64,000 nt of DNA, taken from IMG/VR virus record IMGVR_UViG_3300050020_000030, positions 24,640 to 88,639 of that record; one strand, given 5' to 3'. How positions within the stretch are numbered: the first letter of the stretch is position 1; the number at the start of each line of letters is the position of its first letter. The position numbers and the translations under genes were made by a program. The stretch comes from a virus. The notes under the pieces are model-generated. The model saw only the letters and a list, made by a program, of their open reading frames with translations, searched no databases and had not been told where the DNA came from. Of the stretch, positions 54,768 through 63,418 are shown piece by piece.

Positions 54768-55077
54768 TTATTCCCTGTGGATCATCCTGTTTTGAAGAAC
54801 CAGTGGAAACTTCTGGCGTTTTATAACCGTTGGGAATTGAGAGCATCCGTATTCAAAAGCGGCATCCGCTTCCGACCGACCAAAACCGCGCACATAGATG
54901 CCAGAGTTACAAGCTCCCCGCGTATCGACCCCACCAATAAAAGGCGTACCAGAAAGCATTCGCTCCTCCTGGACCGTGTAGGTAGTGTCCAGGTTGATCC
55001 CAGCAGCCGAAGTATAGGGCTAGTTTGCCCATCTTCCGGTCTTCATCAATCGCTGTCTCTAAGGTCATTTCAATCAT
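54768..55077 (-). pseudogene. Possibly split (frameshifted) small gene
   Basis: LYFGCWDQPGHYL in one frame and VDTRGACNS...FP in an overlapping frame. Confidence 0.3.
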
Positions 55078-55270
55078 TTCCTCCAAGGGAGTTAAGTATG
55101 TAAGTCCCAATACTTTTATGGTATACGCAGGCATGTGCCATATCGCGTATCCAGGGTCTCTCGGGCGGGGGAGGGTACTGTCCGTACAGGACAAGACTCT
55201 CCCACATCTTTTTGTACTCGTAGTCGAGGAGCTTTTGAAGGGCCTCCTCTACATCAGAACGAGTCTTCAT
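55070..55270 (-). CDS. Hypothetical protein
   Basis: ORF filling the operon. Confidence 0.5.
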   Translation of the reverse strand: MKTRSDVEEALQKLLDYEYKKMWESLVLYGQYPPPPERPWIRDMAHACVYHKSIGTYILNSLGGND

Positions 55271-55586
55271 CGCGGGGCGGAAAATCAATAAAATCAATGT
55301 TATTCACGATTACCTTGGTACGCGACTGCTTTACACCGTCTTTTTCCCACTCGTCCAGCCCGAGTCGTCCGGTAACTGTGAGTCGGGAACCCTTGTCTCC
55401 GAATCGAAGCAGAGCCTCGGCGTTCTTCTCCCATACTTCTAGTGCAGTCCACAAAACTTTTTTCTTGTCCCCATATCTGTCATCAACAGCAAGGCTAATG
55501 GATACCACAGTTTTACCGCCGTTCGTAGTCTTGGCCTCGGGCTTCTTCCCCAAACGACCACTCAATACTACCAGATTAACACTCAT
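55254..55586 (-). CDS. ssb: Single-stranded DNA-binding protein
   Basis: NLVVLSGRLG..PE, KG..L.VTGRL, acidic DEDSF tail; AGGAGG SD. Confidence 0.92.
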   Translation of the reverse strand: MSVNLVVLSGRLGKKPEAKTTNGGKTVVSISLAVDDRYGDKKKVLWTALEVWEKNAEALLRFGDKGSRLTVTGRLGLDEWEKDGVKQSRTKVIVNNIDFIDFPPRDEDSF

Positions 55587-55703
55587 GCTTTTCCTCCTGA
55601 TATAATAGGAGGTCCAGAAAAACCTCCTACCCGACGCCATCGGGACCACCCAATCATACGGGTTGGGACGGTTAGTTAATATTATCCTCTTTCTGTTGAG
55701 GGG

Positions 55704-56645
55704 CTACTTTGCTCCATTAAAGAGTTCCTTGACTGCTGCGGGGCCTGCTTCTACGGCCTCTTCGATCAGCTTTAGTGTGTTCTCTGCGGTAACAGAAGGT
55801 ACATACACGAGCTTCTTTCCGTTATGGCGGGCTTCCAAATACCCACTTACCGCCTTAGTCGAGAACTTCTTCTGGGTAACTAGTTCCTTCAGTCGGTCCT
55901 GGATATATGTGTGGCGTTCCTGAGAAAGAGTTTCAGGCGCGTCTACACCGGAAGCGGCATTTTCAGCTTCTTCTGAAAGGGGCTGTTCTACTGAAACCTG
56001 TTCAGAGAACATTTCCTTCGGGAGGTCTTCGCTGGTAATCTCTGGATTCTTTCCGTTTCCGTTTTCCGGAACATTTTTTCCGAAGTTAAAGTCTGTGGGG
56101 CTACTCTTGGGCTGTTCCTTGAACGCCTCCTTCTTGAAAGCCTTCTCCTGTGCGATCTTCCGTGCTGCTTCCGGATCGTTAGGAAGTTTATTCGGGAACT
56201 GCGCTGAGAAAGGCTTATTCTGCTGGGACTGAGGAGGAGTAGTTCCTTTTTTGAGATCAGGGGCATCCTCGTCGTCGTCTTCTCCACTAATTCCTAGAAA
56301 CGGAAAGAGGTCTATACGACGGGCATACGTGATAATTTTTCCGAGTTCCTTCCCCGGACTGATTTTGGGGAGAGGAATACCTGCGGACTGGTCCCACTCT
56401 TCGGCAAGCTGAACCTTGGTTGTTTGCCTAAGAACTCCGTCTGAACCCTCCACGATAGGCTGGCTCAGATAGATTCCCTCCGCGTTGAGCAGGGGGCGAA
56501 CTACTGCGAGGCCATCGGGAAGGGCCGCGTAACTGAATTTCAAATTTCCTTCTTGGCCTGTTTTATCCTTCTTAATAGTCGTAAACTTCGCCTGTGCCCG
56601 TGCTAGGGCGGAGGCCAATTTTGCTGTACTTTCGCTCTGTGCCAT
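55704..56645 (-). CDS. ERF-family ssDNA annealing protein
   Basis: ALARAQ..I.KD, YA.L, G..ITYARR..L...GI..EDDD. Confidence 0.88.
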   Translation of the reverse strand: MAQSESTAKLASALARAQAKFTTIKKDKTGQEGNLKFSYAALPDGLAVVRPLLNAEGIYLSQPIVEGSDGVLRQTTKVQLAEEWDQSAGIPLPKISPGKELGKIITYARRIDLFPFLGISGEDDDEDAPDLKKGTTPPQSQQNKPFSAQFPNKLPNDPEAARKIAQEKAFKKEAFKEQPKSSPTDFNFGKNVPENGNGKNPEITSEDLPKEMFSEQVSVEQPLSEEAENAASGVDAPETLSQERHTYIQDRLKELVTQKKFSTKAVSGYLEARHNGKKLVYVPSVTAENTLKLIEEAVEAGPAAVKELFNGAK

Positions 56646-56842
56646 CAGTTCTCCTTGGTTTCTTCTAATTCTTTTGTGTACTTCTCTATACGATCCAGCT
56701 TAACTTTTTGGTTGTGTAGTTTTATGATATAGTCTCTCAGCCAGTTTGCCCCGGAAGTAATAACGTACTGACCAGACTCTGATTGTATCTGGGTTCCGTA
56801 CCCGGAATGCCTATCCGTCCACAGTTCGTCAAGAATACTCAT
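56645..56842 (-). CDS. Hypothetical protein (65 aa)
   Basis: GAGGAG SD after the promoter. Confidence 0.6.
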   Translation of the reverse strand: MSILDELWTDRHSGYGTQIQSESGQYVITSGANWLRDYIIKLHNQKVKLDRIEKYTKELEETKEN

Positions 56843-56859
56843 ACTCTCCTCACTCTTTA

Positions 56860-56888
56860 ATACTACCATTGTTCTTGTCCCGTGTCAA
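56860..56888 (-). promoter_or_regulatory. Early promoter (TTGACACGG class)
   Basis: TTGACA-17-TAGTAT with TG; -35 contains the upstream TGA stop. Confidence 0.75.
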
Positions 56889-57658
56889 GAGATTTCTAAC
56901 AGTTGGTTTTCTGCTTCTTGCTTTTTTCTAAGCCTAGCCGCCGCTCGTCCCAATGTGGAGGCCAGCACCCTCTCCGGGGAGTATTTTTTACCGCTGTTGG
57001 ATTTTCTAATCTTGTCACGGGTCTCCTCTGATGGAGTGTAGCTCGTTTTCCCTAGTTTAGATTTTCGTATCTTTTCTCTGGCCTCCTCCGAACAGGGATG
57101 TCCCGGCTTTCCTTTTCTCGATACAGACATCTTGTCTCGGGTCTCTTGCGTAACTATCCTATTTCGGTTAGCTGCCGCCAAAAGTGCGGCGTGCTCCGGG
57201 GTTCTGGGAGGCATTGGCTTTCCTAAACGGGCCTTGCTTTGCTTCTCTCTAGTTTCCGGAGTAGCTTTCCTTCCTCTGTTAGAGTTTCCTATTTTCTCTC
57301 TAGTCTCCTTGTTAGAAACAACACCATCTCCCCCGAGGGTACTGTTATACCCAAAAGACCTCTTATGTGAGGCGAACATCCATATAAAAAATCTCTCTGC
57401 CTCGTCTAGAGCGTGCTTGTCCGGACAACTGCACAGAAGAAAAGACTCGAAGTTTTCTGACCCGTACTTTCTGACCGCATTATAAAAATAGGTATTTATA
57501 ACCGATTTAGTAGTCAGAATCCCCGCCTTAGTAAAATGGTTTTTTACCCTCTTTTTCCAAGTTACAGTAGTTTGTCCTACGTAGATTTTCCTATTTATCT
57601 TGTTAAGGATGAGGTAGATACCCCCGTACTCCTTTTTATCCAAACTTTTCACTTTCAT
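56885..57658 (-). CDS. GIY-YIG homing endonuclease with NUMOD3 repeats
   Basis: GIYLILNKINRKIYVGQT, GYN; ETREK/ETRDK repeats. Confidence 0.92.
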   Translation of the reverse strand: MKVKSLDKKEYGGIYLILNKINRKIYVGQTTVTWKKRVKNHFTKAGILTTKSVINTYFYNAVRKYGSENFESFLLCSCPDKHALDEAERFFIWMFASHKRSFGYNSTLGGDGVVSNKETREKIGNSNRGRKATPETREKQSKARLGKPMPPRTPEHAALLAAANRNRIVTQETRDKMSVSRKGKPGHPCSEEAREKIRKSKLGKTSYTPSEETRDKIRKSNSGKKYSPERVLASTLGRAAARLRKKQEAENQLLEIS

Positions 57659-58542
57659 TTTGTTTCTCCGTAAAACAGTTCCACAATTTTAGGCACCCAC
57701 TCCCTGTCACACCCGAGAGTAGCCATACAGTAAATTCCTAAAGTTATCGAGGACGTACTGTTATGCCCCGCACGGTACCCAACCACCCTTTCCGGAATTT
57801 TTAGGTCGAGAAGCAGGGACGTGATGTTCCCTCGCCTAAAAGCGTGCGGGGACTTGTACTTAACCCCCGCCTTAGTGCACACCTTCTGGATCATCTTCAT
57901 CAGCTTTGTGGGATAGCACATTCTGTCGTCCGGTTTCCGGAAAATAAATTCCTCTGGCCCACCAAGAATCAGATGCTTGAGTTCCCGTACAAGTTCGTCC
58001 GAGATACATATCGATCTTACTGAGGAATCTGTCTTGGGGGAGTCCTGTAAAAATCCTTGGGATACGTCTCTCCGGATGTGCAGAGTATTCCCTTCAAGGT
58101 CCTGTGTTTGTAGCCCGAGGACTTCTCCTATCCGGACCCCTGTTTCGCAGAATAGCATGATAAGGGCTTTGTCCTCCCCTGTAGCCGCTTTGATTAAATC
58201 TCTCATCTCCTGGGTAGTATAGAAGTCCTGCTGCTTTCGTCTTTTGCGGGGCAAAGTCAGTCGAGGAAGTACAAATTCTTCGTCGGCCCACATGCAGATA
58301 CTCCGGAAAACGGAAATGTACCTGCGGATAGCCGCCGCACCTATAGTCATATTCAGCTTACCAATGTACCTCTGGATCAACTTCTTGTCTATACTAGAAA
58401 TTTTCAGGTGGCCGAATTCCAAGACAAGTTTTTGGATCAAGTAGTTTAGGTTGTAATACGTGCTCGCTTTCTTCATAGAAAGAACTTCTGTCTTATAGTT
58501 ATCCGCAGCGATCATAAAGATGGAAGACTCTCTAGATTTCAC
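57655..58542 (-). CDS. Tyrosine recombinase/integrase
   Basis: TGVRIGE, PKT, HAFRR, GH, Y catalytic residues. Confidence 0.9.
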   Translation of the reverse strand: MKSRESSIFMIAADNYKTEVLSMKKASTYYNLNYLIQKLVLEFGHLKISSIDKKLIQRYIGKLNMTIGAAAIRRYISVFRSICMWADEEFVLPRLTLPRKRRKQQDFYTTQEMRDLIKAATGEDKALIMLFCETGVRIGEVLGLQTQDLEGNTLHIRRDVSQGFLQDSPKTDSSVRSICISDELVRELKHLILGGPEEFIFRKPDDRMCYPTKLMKMIQKVCTKAGVKYKSPHAFRRGNITSLLLDLKIPERVVGYRAGHNSTSSITLGIYCMATLGCDREWVPKIVELFYGETK

Positions 58543-58889
58543 GGCTGTACCTCCCGTGTTACGTGCTTCCCATCTATCATGCAGGGAGCCCCGTGGTCGC
58601 TAATCTTCCAATGATATGGTCCACCCTCGAACCAGCAATTATGTACTTCAAATTGGGACGCTGTTGAGAACAGCTTTCCGTCTACCCAGGTGCCAGCATC
58701 GTTAACGCAGATAGCGTATTCTCCCGTTGAGCAGATCGCTTCAGGTTTAGGAGGTACTAGCCACTTTGAATGTACAATGTAGCCTGCCATTATCCTGTCC
58801 TCTCGCGGGCCGTGTACAAACGGCTCACACCCGTCTGCCAGTGCCAGCACCAAGCAAAGCCACAAGATTGTAAGTAGTATCTTGTTCAC
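58539..58889 (-). CDS. Putative lipoprotein
   Basis: VNKILLTILWLCLVLALADGC signal/lipobox-like; AAGGTG SD. Confidence 0.55.
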   Translation of the reverse strand: MNKILLTILWLCLVLALADGCEPFVHGPREDRIMAGYIVHSKWLVPPKPEAICSTGEYAICVNDAGTWVDGKLFSTASQFEVHNCWFEGGPYHWKISDHGAPCMIDGKHVTREVQP

Positions 58890-58979
58890 GGCTGCACCTT
58901 TCCTGCGCGGGCCGCAACAAACGTGTTTATAAAGCCGCGCATACCACCATCCGCTCACTTGCTTTCTTGCTCCATATTT

Positions 58980-59008
58980 AGAATACCACTATACCCTGCC
59001 CGTGTCAA
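58980..59008 (-). promoter_or_regulatory. Early promoter (TTGACACGG class)
   Basis: TTGACA-17-TATTCT with TG; -35 contains the pol TGA stop. Confidence 0.75.
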
Positions 59009-62000
59009 CCCTTAGTATAATATAAAGATTCCATACCTTCCGCGCCTAGTAAAAAATCTGATGCCCAAGGAGGAGCCGTTGTCATACACTCTACTAGCTC
59101 CTTTACTCCGAGGGGGGAGTCTTCATCCACTTCGGCCACGATTTCGTCGTGACAAGTTAGTACGATCTGGAAGCCCATATTTTTGGCTAGGTGCATTCCG
59201 TAAAACAGAATATCCCGGCAAAAAGCCTGCACGATGTTTTCGAAAGTCTTAGCCCCCCTAGTCTCTATACTCGTCCATTGGTGAGTGACTTGCGAGATGC
59301 CGTCCACACGGAGATCAGCTTTTCGGTAAGAATTACCCTTACGGGAGGTGGCGTCTACCCACGTTACCGAGGGGTTAATATAGTGCAGAGCGCGGCCCGA
59401 GGGTAGCCAGACACAGAGTACCCGGCCCTTCATTTCTAGGCGGATAGGCCCTAGTTCGGCGGTCGTATCGTTTTCCACGACTCTAGCGAAAGCCCGGTGG
59501 AGATCGTACCAGTACTGTTCTACCTCTCGGTATGTATTTCTGTAGACCTGTACCGCCTTTTCTGCATACTCTAAGGTAAGTTCAATACCCATATTTTCCG
59601 CGTAAGCAAGCAAGCCAGTCTTAACCGAGTTACCCTCTTCATCTGTAGTTTCTTCGCCCGCACTAAGTCCGTACCCGCAGTTATGAACAATCAGGGGACC
59701 CTTCTCCGTCAGGATCGTGAACCGACTCCTCGGACCCGAGTTTAGAATGTCGAACGTAGGCACCCCGGCATTGGGACTGTTCTGCAATGATCCTTTCTGG
59801 AGAGAATCCTTTGTTGATTTTTCGGCAGACGTTTCCGCACTCCCGGTACTGGGGGCAGTATCTTTCCCAGAACTCAACGGCAGAAAGTTTTTCTCCCAGA
59901 TAGTGGATGTAGCAAAGGTTTTCTTTATTCCTCCCATTAACTTTTGAGGTAACAAATCGAAGATTCCCTTTTTCATAATGGCCGTCATTATCTTCTCGGT
60001 CGATCTGGTACGCGGGCTTGTCATAGTTCTTAAGGGTAAGGCAGTGTCCGATGAAATCGTACACATCCTCAAATTTGCACTGAATCCCCCGTCCTCCGTA
60101 GCGATGAGCGGCAGAACCGACTCCCCGGCAGCGCGACAGAATCGCGTAGTACCTGTTCGCCAGCCGGTCAATAAGTTCTCTAGGTTCCGAAAATCTGACG
60201 TATACTCCGTTCTGGTCTTCCTGAACCTTTTTTCGGGCACAAGGGAGGCAACGACTTGTCTTACCCTTTTCAAGATTCTCCCTATTGACCAGTTTTTCGG
60301 AGCCGCAGACCCCGCATCGGCAAGGGTAACTGAGGTATTTTTTAACCTTCTGAGCGAGTCCGGTAGTAACCCACTCGCCAAATTTATAGCCGACCTCTCG
60401 TAGAGGCCACTTTGCGTCACTTCGCACGCTTCTTTCCACCCTTCTTCTGTAAGAATCCCGTGCTCCGGAGTAACATCTACTCGGAGCAGGTTGATAACTT
60501 TCTTGTCCCCCTGATACACACAACCATCGTGAGACACCCATTCACCGCCATCCCACAGCTTATCCTCTAAGGTAACGTTCACAATCTTCTTTACCCCGTG
60601 GTTGGTAAGGACCATAGTATCTTCACCGAAACATCCGAGGGTAGGCGCTTTAGCGTTTGTCCTAGCGGTCTTATCCCCCGCCTTATACGTCTCCCACAAC
60701 TCCTCGTAGGTAGCGTGACCATCCATTTGTGCTGCAAAAGCAATATAAGGGTCTCTCCCCTGACGAAACACTTCCAGAAGAGGTTCGCACTCTGTAACCC
60801 ATCCGGCTCCACGAGCTTCGATAGCGGAGAGATCGGCAATCACGAACTTCTTCCCCGGAGCCGCACACAAAATCGGGCGCAAGGCCGCACAAGCCACGTC
60901 TAGCGGGCTACTAAAATTTTTCTTGATTCCCTCATAATCCCCTGATTTTAATAGGGATAAAGCGAGATCGAATTTTCCGCCCACTTCCTTGGATGCCTTC
61001 ACGAGATTCTGCACTTGCACCAGCCCGGAAGTCATGCGCCCGGTTCTAGCCGCCCCCATAAAATGGAACAATCCGCGAACCCTACCATCTGACATGATAG
61101 AAGCCCGGTATGCGTCCAGCTTACTAACCGAACTTTTACTGAGTTGTAGCCTAAGTTCCAGAGCTTTCCGGCACTGTTCATTTAGATCACACTCCCCGTT
61201 CAAAGCCCGCTTGATAAAGGGCTTTCCGATAGACAGAAAAGTGTACCCGTTCTGTCTGGCATACGCCAGCACCTGAACCGGGGACTTGGGGTTCTTGATG
61301 CCTGTAAGTTCGAGAAACTGTTTGGTAAGAGCCGATTGCTCTTTTTCTACGACTATACTCGCCCCCTGTAGAAGCACCGAGTCCGTGTAGATTCCATAGT
61401 CGTTGATTTCTTCTGATAGCGCGAAGTTTTCATATTCCCAGTCCGGAAGAGGAAAGTCCTTTAGCCGGTGCAGGATTTCCCGCATAGCTTCTACGTCCGT
61501 TTTGCAGTAATCACAGAAGCGGGAATACTCCTTAACATGGGTATCCCAGTCACGATAGGAAGTCGGCTCAATTCCGAAGAGGGTTAGCTCCCCGCCAAAC
61601 CGAAGGGGCTTGCAGAAAAGATCGACCATGCTAACATCTTTTACAAAAAATTCGGTCAGCTTCTTGGACTTGATATCCAGAATCTTGCCCACTTTTTCCA
61701 GCTTACCGGGCATACTCATAGCCCGACTCAGGATCATCGGGTCAATAAATCTATCAACCGGAATATCAATATCAAAAAATCTTTTTATGGCAAGGCGTTC
61801 AAACTGACAATTGTGAGCGACGATTATTTGAAAAGGGTCCTGCAACCCCTGAAGTAAGTCTTCCGGGATAGGACCCTTGTGGCATTCCCATAGCTGTACG
61901 TCGGCATCCCCCCACGCATAAGCAAACATGAGGAGTTCGCAGCTAGGATGATCTATGTATTTGTATGCCCCAGTTGTCGAGATATCCAGTTCGTTCCGTG

Positions 62001-62025
62001 TTTCGAGGTCGATATGCAGAAGCAT
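59005..62025 (-). CDS. Family A DNA polymerase with intein
   Basis: IDLET, AHN..FE, TGR, DLSAIEAR (motif A), R..AK...LG|CGYG (motif B), HDEIV (motif C). Confidence 0.95.
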   Translation of the reverse strand: MLLHIDLETRNELDISTTGAYKYIDHPSCELLMFAYAWGDADVQLWECHKGPIPEDLLQGLQDPFQIIVAHNCQFERLAIKRFFDIDIPVDRFIDPMILSRAMSMPGKLEKVGKILDIKSKKLTEFFVKDVSMVDLFCKPLRFGGELTLFGIEPTSYRDWDTHVKEYSRFCDYCKTDVEAMREILHRLKDFPLPDWEYENFALSEEINDYGIYTDSVLLQGASIVVEKEQSALTKQFLELTGIKNPKSPVQVLAYARQNGYTFLSIGKPFIKRALNGECDLNEQCRKALELRLQLSKSSVSKLDAYRASIMSDGRVRGLFHFMGAARTGRMTSGLVQVQNLVKASKEVGGKFDLALSLLKSGDYEGIKKNFSSPLDVACAALRPILCAAPGKKFVIADLSAIEARGAGWVTECEPLLEVFRQGRDPYIAFAAQMDGHATYEELWETYKAGDKTARTNAKAPTLGCFGEDTMVLTNHGVKKIVNVTLEDKLWDGGEWVSHDGCVYQGDKKVINLLRVDVTPEHGILTEEGWKEACEVTQSGLYERSAINLASGLLPDSLRRLKNTSVTLADAGSAAPKNWSIGRILKRVRQVVASLVPEKRFRKTRTEYTSDFRNLENLLTGWRTGTTRFCRAAGESVLPLIATEDGGFSANLRMCTISSDTALPLRTMTSPRTRSTEKIMTAIMKKGIFDLLPQKLMGGIKKTFATSTIWEKNFLPLSSGKDTAPSTGSAETSAEKSTKDSLQKGSLQNSPNAGVPTFDILNSGPRSRFTILTEKGPLIVHNCGYGLSAGEETTDEEGNSVKTGLLAYAENMGIELTLEYAEKAVQVYRNTYREVEQYWYDLHRAFARVVENDTTAELGPIRLEMKGRVLCVWLPSGRALHYINPSVTWVDATSRKGNSYRKADLRVDGISQVTHQWTSIETRGAKTFENIVQAFCRDILFYGMHLAKNMGFQIVLTCHDEIVAEVDEDSPLGVKELVECMTTAPPWASDFLLGAEGMESLYYTKG
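59680..60633 (-). mobile_element. Intein in polymerase motif B (318 aa), dual-coding centre
   Basis: CFGEDTMVLT, VTPEHGI, TFDILNSGPRSRF...IVHN|C. Confidence 0.92.
59681..60427 (-). CDS. HNH homing endonuclease in an alternative (-1) frame inside the intein (start uncertain: GTG 60427 or 60439; frame open from 60541)
   Basis: GYKFGEW, CRCGVCG, SRCLPC, RC...RYGGRGI, IDREDNDGHYEKGNLRFVT...N.RN. Confidence 0.85.
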   Translation of the reverse strand: MRSDAKWPLREVGYKFGEWVTTGLAQKVKKYLSYPCRCGVCGSEKLVNRENLEKGKTSRCLPCARKKVQEDQNGVYVRFSEPRELIDRLANRYYAILSRCRGVGSAAHRYGGRGIQCKFEDVYDFIGHCLTLKNYDKPAYQIDREDNDGHYEKGNLRFVTSKVNGRNKENLCYIHYLGEKLSAVEFWERYCPQYRECGNVCRKINKGFSPERIIAEQSQCRGAYVRHSKLGSEESVHDPDGEGSPDCS

Positions 62026-62035
62026 TTTATCCTTT

Positions 62036-62109
62036 TGGTTCCGGGTCCACGAATCGAACGTAGGTTAGGAGGATCAAAACCTCCTGTCTTACCACTAAAC
62101 GAACCCGGA
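62036..62109 (-). tRNA. tRNA-Gln(UUG)
   Basis: Acceptor TCCGGGT/ACCCGGA, anticodon stem GGAGG/CCTCC with loop TTTTGAT, TTCGATT T-loop, encoded CCA, U1-A72. Confidence 0.93.
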
Positions 62110-62112
62110 ATT

Positions 62113-62688
62113 TTATTCCTGTTCCACCTGGTCCCAGAAAGTCTTCAGATTTATCCGAATCTTCCCCGGATACCAGCAAACAGTGGGGGCGTTACGGATT
62201 GCCTCGTTCAGTTCTTCGATTTTAGTACATACCTCGTCAGGGAGTTCTCCATCTTCCGGAAGATCGTCACACCAATTGTCATAGTCAATAGTGTGAAGTT
62301 TCCCCCGCGCACACTTCACTATTTGAACTTCTGCTTCTTCGTTCTCCCCTAAGTCGGCTTTCAAATCGGCCATCCAATCCAAAAGAGAATCTTCATCGAA
62401 GAAGTATGTATCATCATTATAGACGCACACCGGCTCAGACCCGTCCCAGTCTTCCACAGGAAGAGCATAGTACTTATCTGAGTCTAGCTTAGACTGGCAA
62501 GAATCACACCTAACATGGCCCTTTGAGTATATTTTACCGCAAGGGCAGGTTCGGTGGGTACACCCCGCGTATCTGGCAATATTTTCGTCTTTCCCGTAAA
62601 ACCTCCCGTCGCTGGCTACCCACCCGCTTATGTCTGTTTTGAAGGTTGCAGCTTCCGGGCTATCATACATGATTATTTTCTCGGTCAT
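62113..62688 (-). CDS. Hypothetical phage protein (Cys-rich N-terminus, acidic C-terminus)
   Basis: GWV..DG.FYG..E..ARY.GCTH motif; GGAG SD. Confidence 0.7.
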   Translation of the reverse strand: MTEKIIMYDSPEAATFKTDISGWVASDGRFYGKDENIARYAGCTHRTCPCGKIYSKGHVRCDSCQSKLDSDKYYALPVEDWDGSEPVCVYNDDTYFFDEDSLLDWMADLKADLGENEEAEVQIVKCARGKLHTIDYDNWCDDLPEDGELPDEVCTKIEELNEAIRNAPTVCWYPGKIRINLKTFWDQVEQE

Positions 62689-63104
62689 TGTGTCTCCCAC
62701 AACTTGAGTTCTGCTTCCCTGCGCCTAGTAAGTCCGGGCACTGGTAGTCCGCCTGATTTATCCCACCGAAGAATCTGAACAGGAATATTTTCCAGTCCGT
62801 GAGACAGCAAAAGTCGGAGTGATCCTACCCCCAAATTAAATCCAAAATCCACGAGGGAATCAAATTGATTCTGGGTAAATGTATGTTCTAGCGCGAGTCT
62901 ATTTAAGACAGACTCCACGCCCTGTACATCCTTGCTGAGGAGTTCGGCGCACTGCTCTTCTGATATCCCGTTCGGGTAATGTTCCCCCGGAAGCAACAAA
63001 TGGCCTACTCCGATAGTCCACTTACCGGCTACATCTTGGTACTGTGTTAGCCGCCGCCCCTCAAAAGATTCGATAAATTGTAAACCCGCACTACTGGTTT
63101 TCAT
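62685..63104 (-). CDS. Lysozyme (GH24) endolysin
   Basis: FEG..L..YQD.AG.WTIG.GH, QFDSLVDF.FN.G, GL.RRR.AE. Confidence 0.93.
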   Translation of the reverse strand: MKTSSAGLQFIESFEGRRLTQYQDVAGKWTIGVGHLLLPGEHYPNGISEEQCAELLSKDVQGVESVLNRLALEHTFTQNQFDSLVDFGFNLGVGSLRLLLSHGLENIPVQILRWDKSGGLPVPGLTRRREAELKLWETQ

Positions 63105-63418
63105 AGCTGGCTCCCCGAGAATTCAATGCTAAAAAATAGCTCTACTTCCTCACTATCTCTTTCGGCGGAAAACCCTCCCGTGCGAATGTAGACGCTCTTG
63201 GGCTTATCAAGCAAATCAGAAATTAGCCCCTCGGCAACCTCTTTTATCTTCTCTAGAGTGGGGATAGCTTCTCCCCACTTCCATCCGGTAAGCACCATAT
63301 AGGCATGTACCTTCTCGAAGTCAAACTCAGAAAATATTTCCCGTATGATTCTCCGCTTGGCTACCTCTTTACTGATTTTCATAATTCTCTGCTTATCTAC
63401 ATTTTTACTGGTTTTCAT
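63101..63418 (-). CDS. Hypothetical protein
   Basis: FDFEKVH..M....W.W...TGGF; GAGGAG SD. Confidence 0.7.
   Translation of the reverse strand: MKTSKNVDKQRIMKISKEVAKRRIIREIFSEFDFEKVHAYMVLTGWKWGEAIPTLEKIKEVAEGLISDLLDKPKSVYIRTGGFSAERDSEEVELFFSIEFSGSQL

Noticed and set aside
59681-60541. Assembly frameshift as the explanation for the out-of-frame HNH
   Set aside because: The polymerase/intein frame is continuous, so two compensating errors plus a chance stop-free stretch of >240 codons would be needed.
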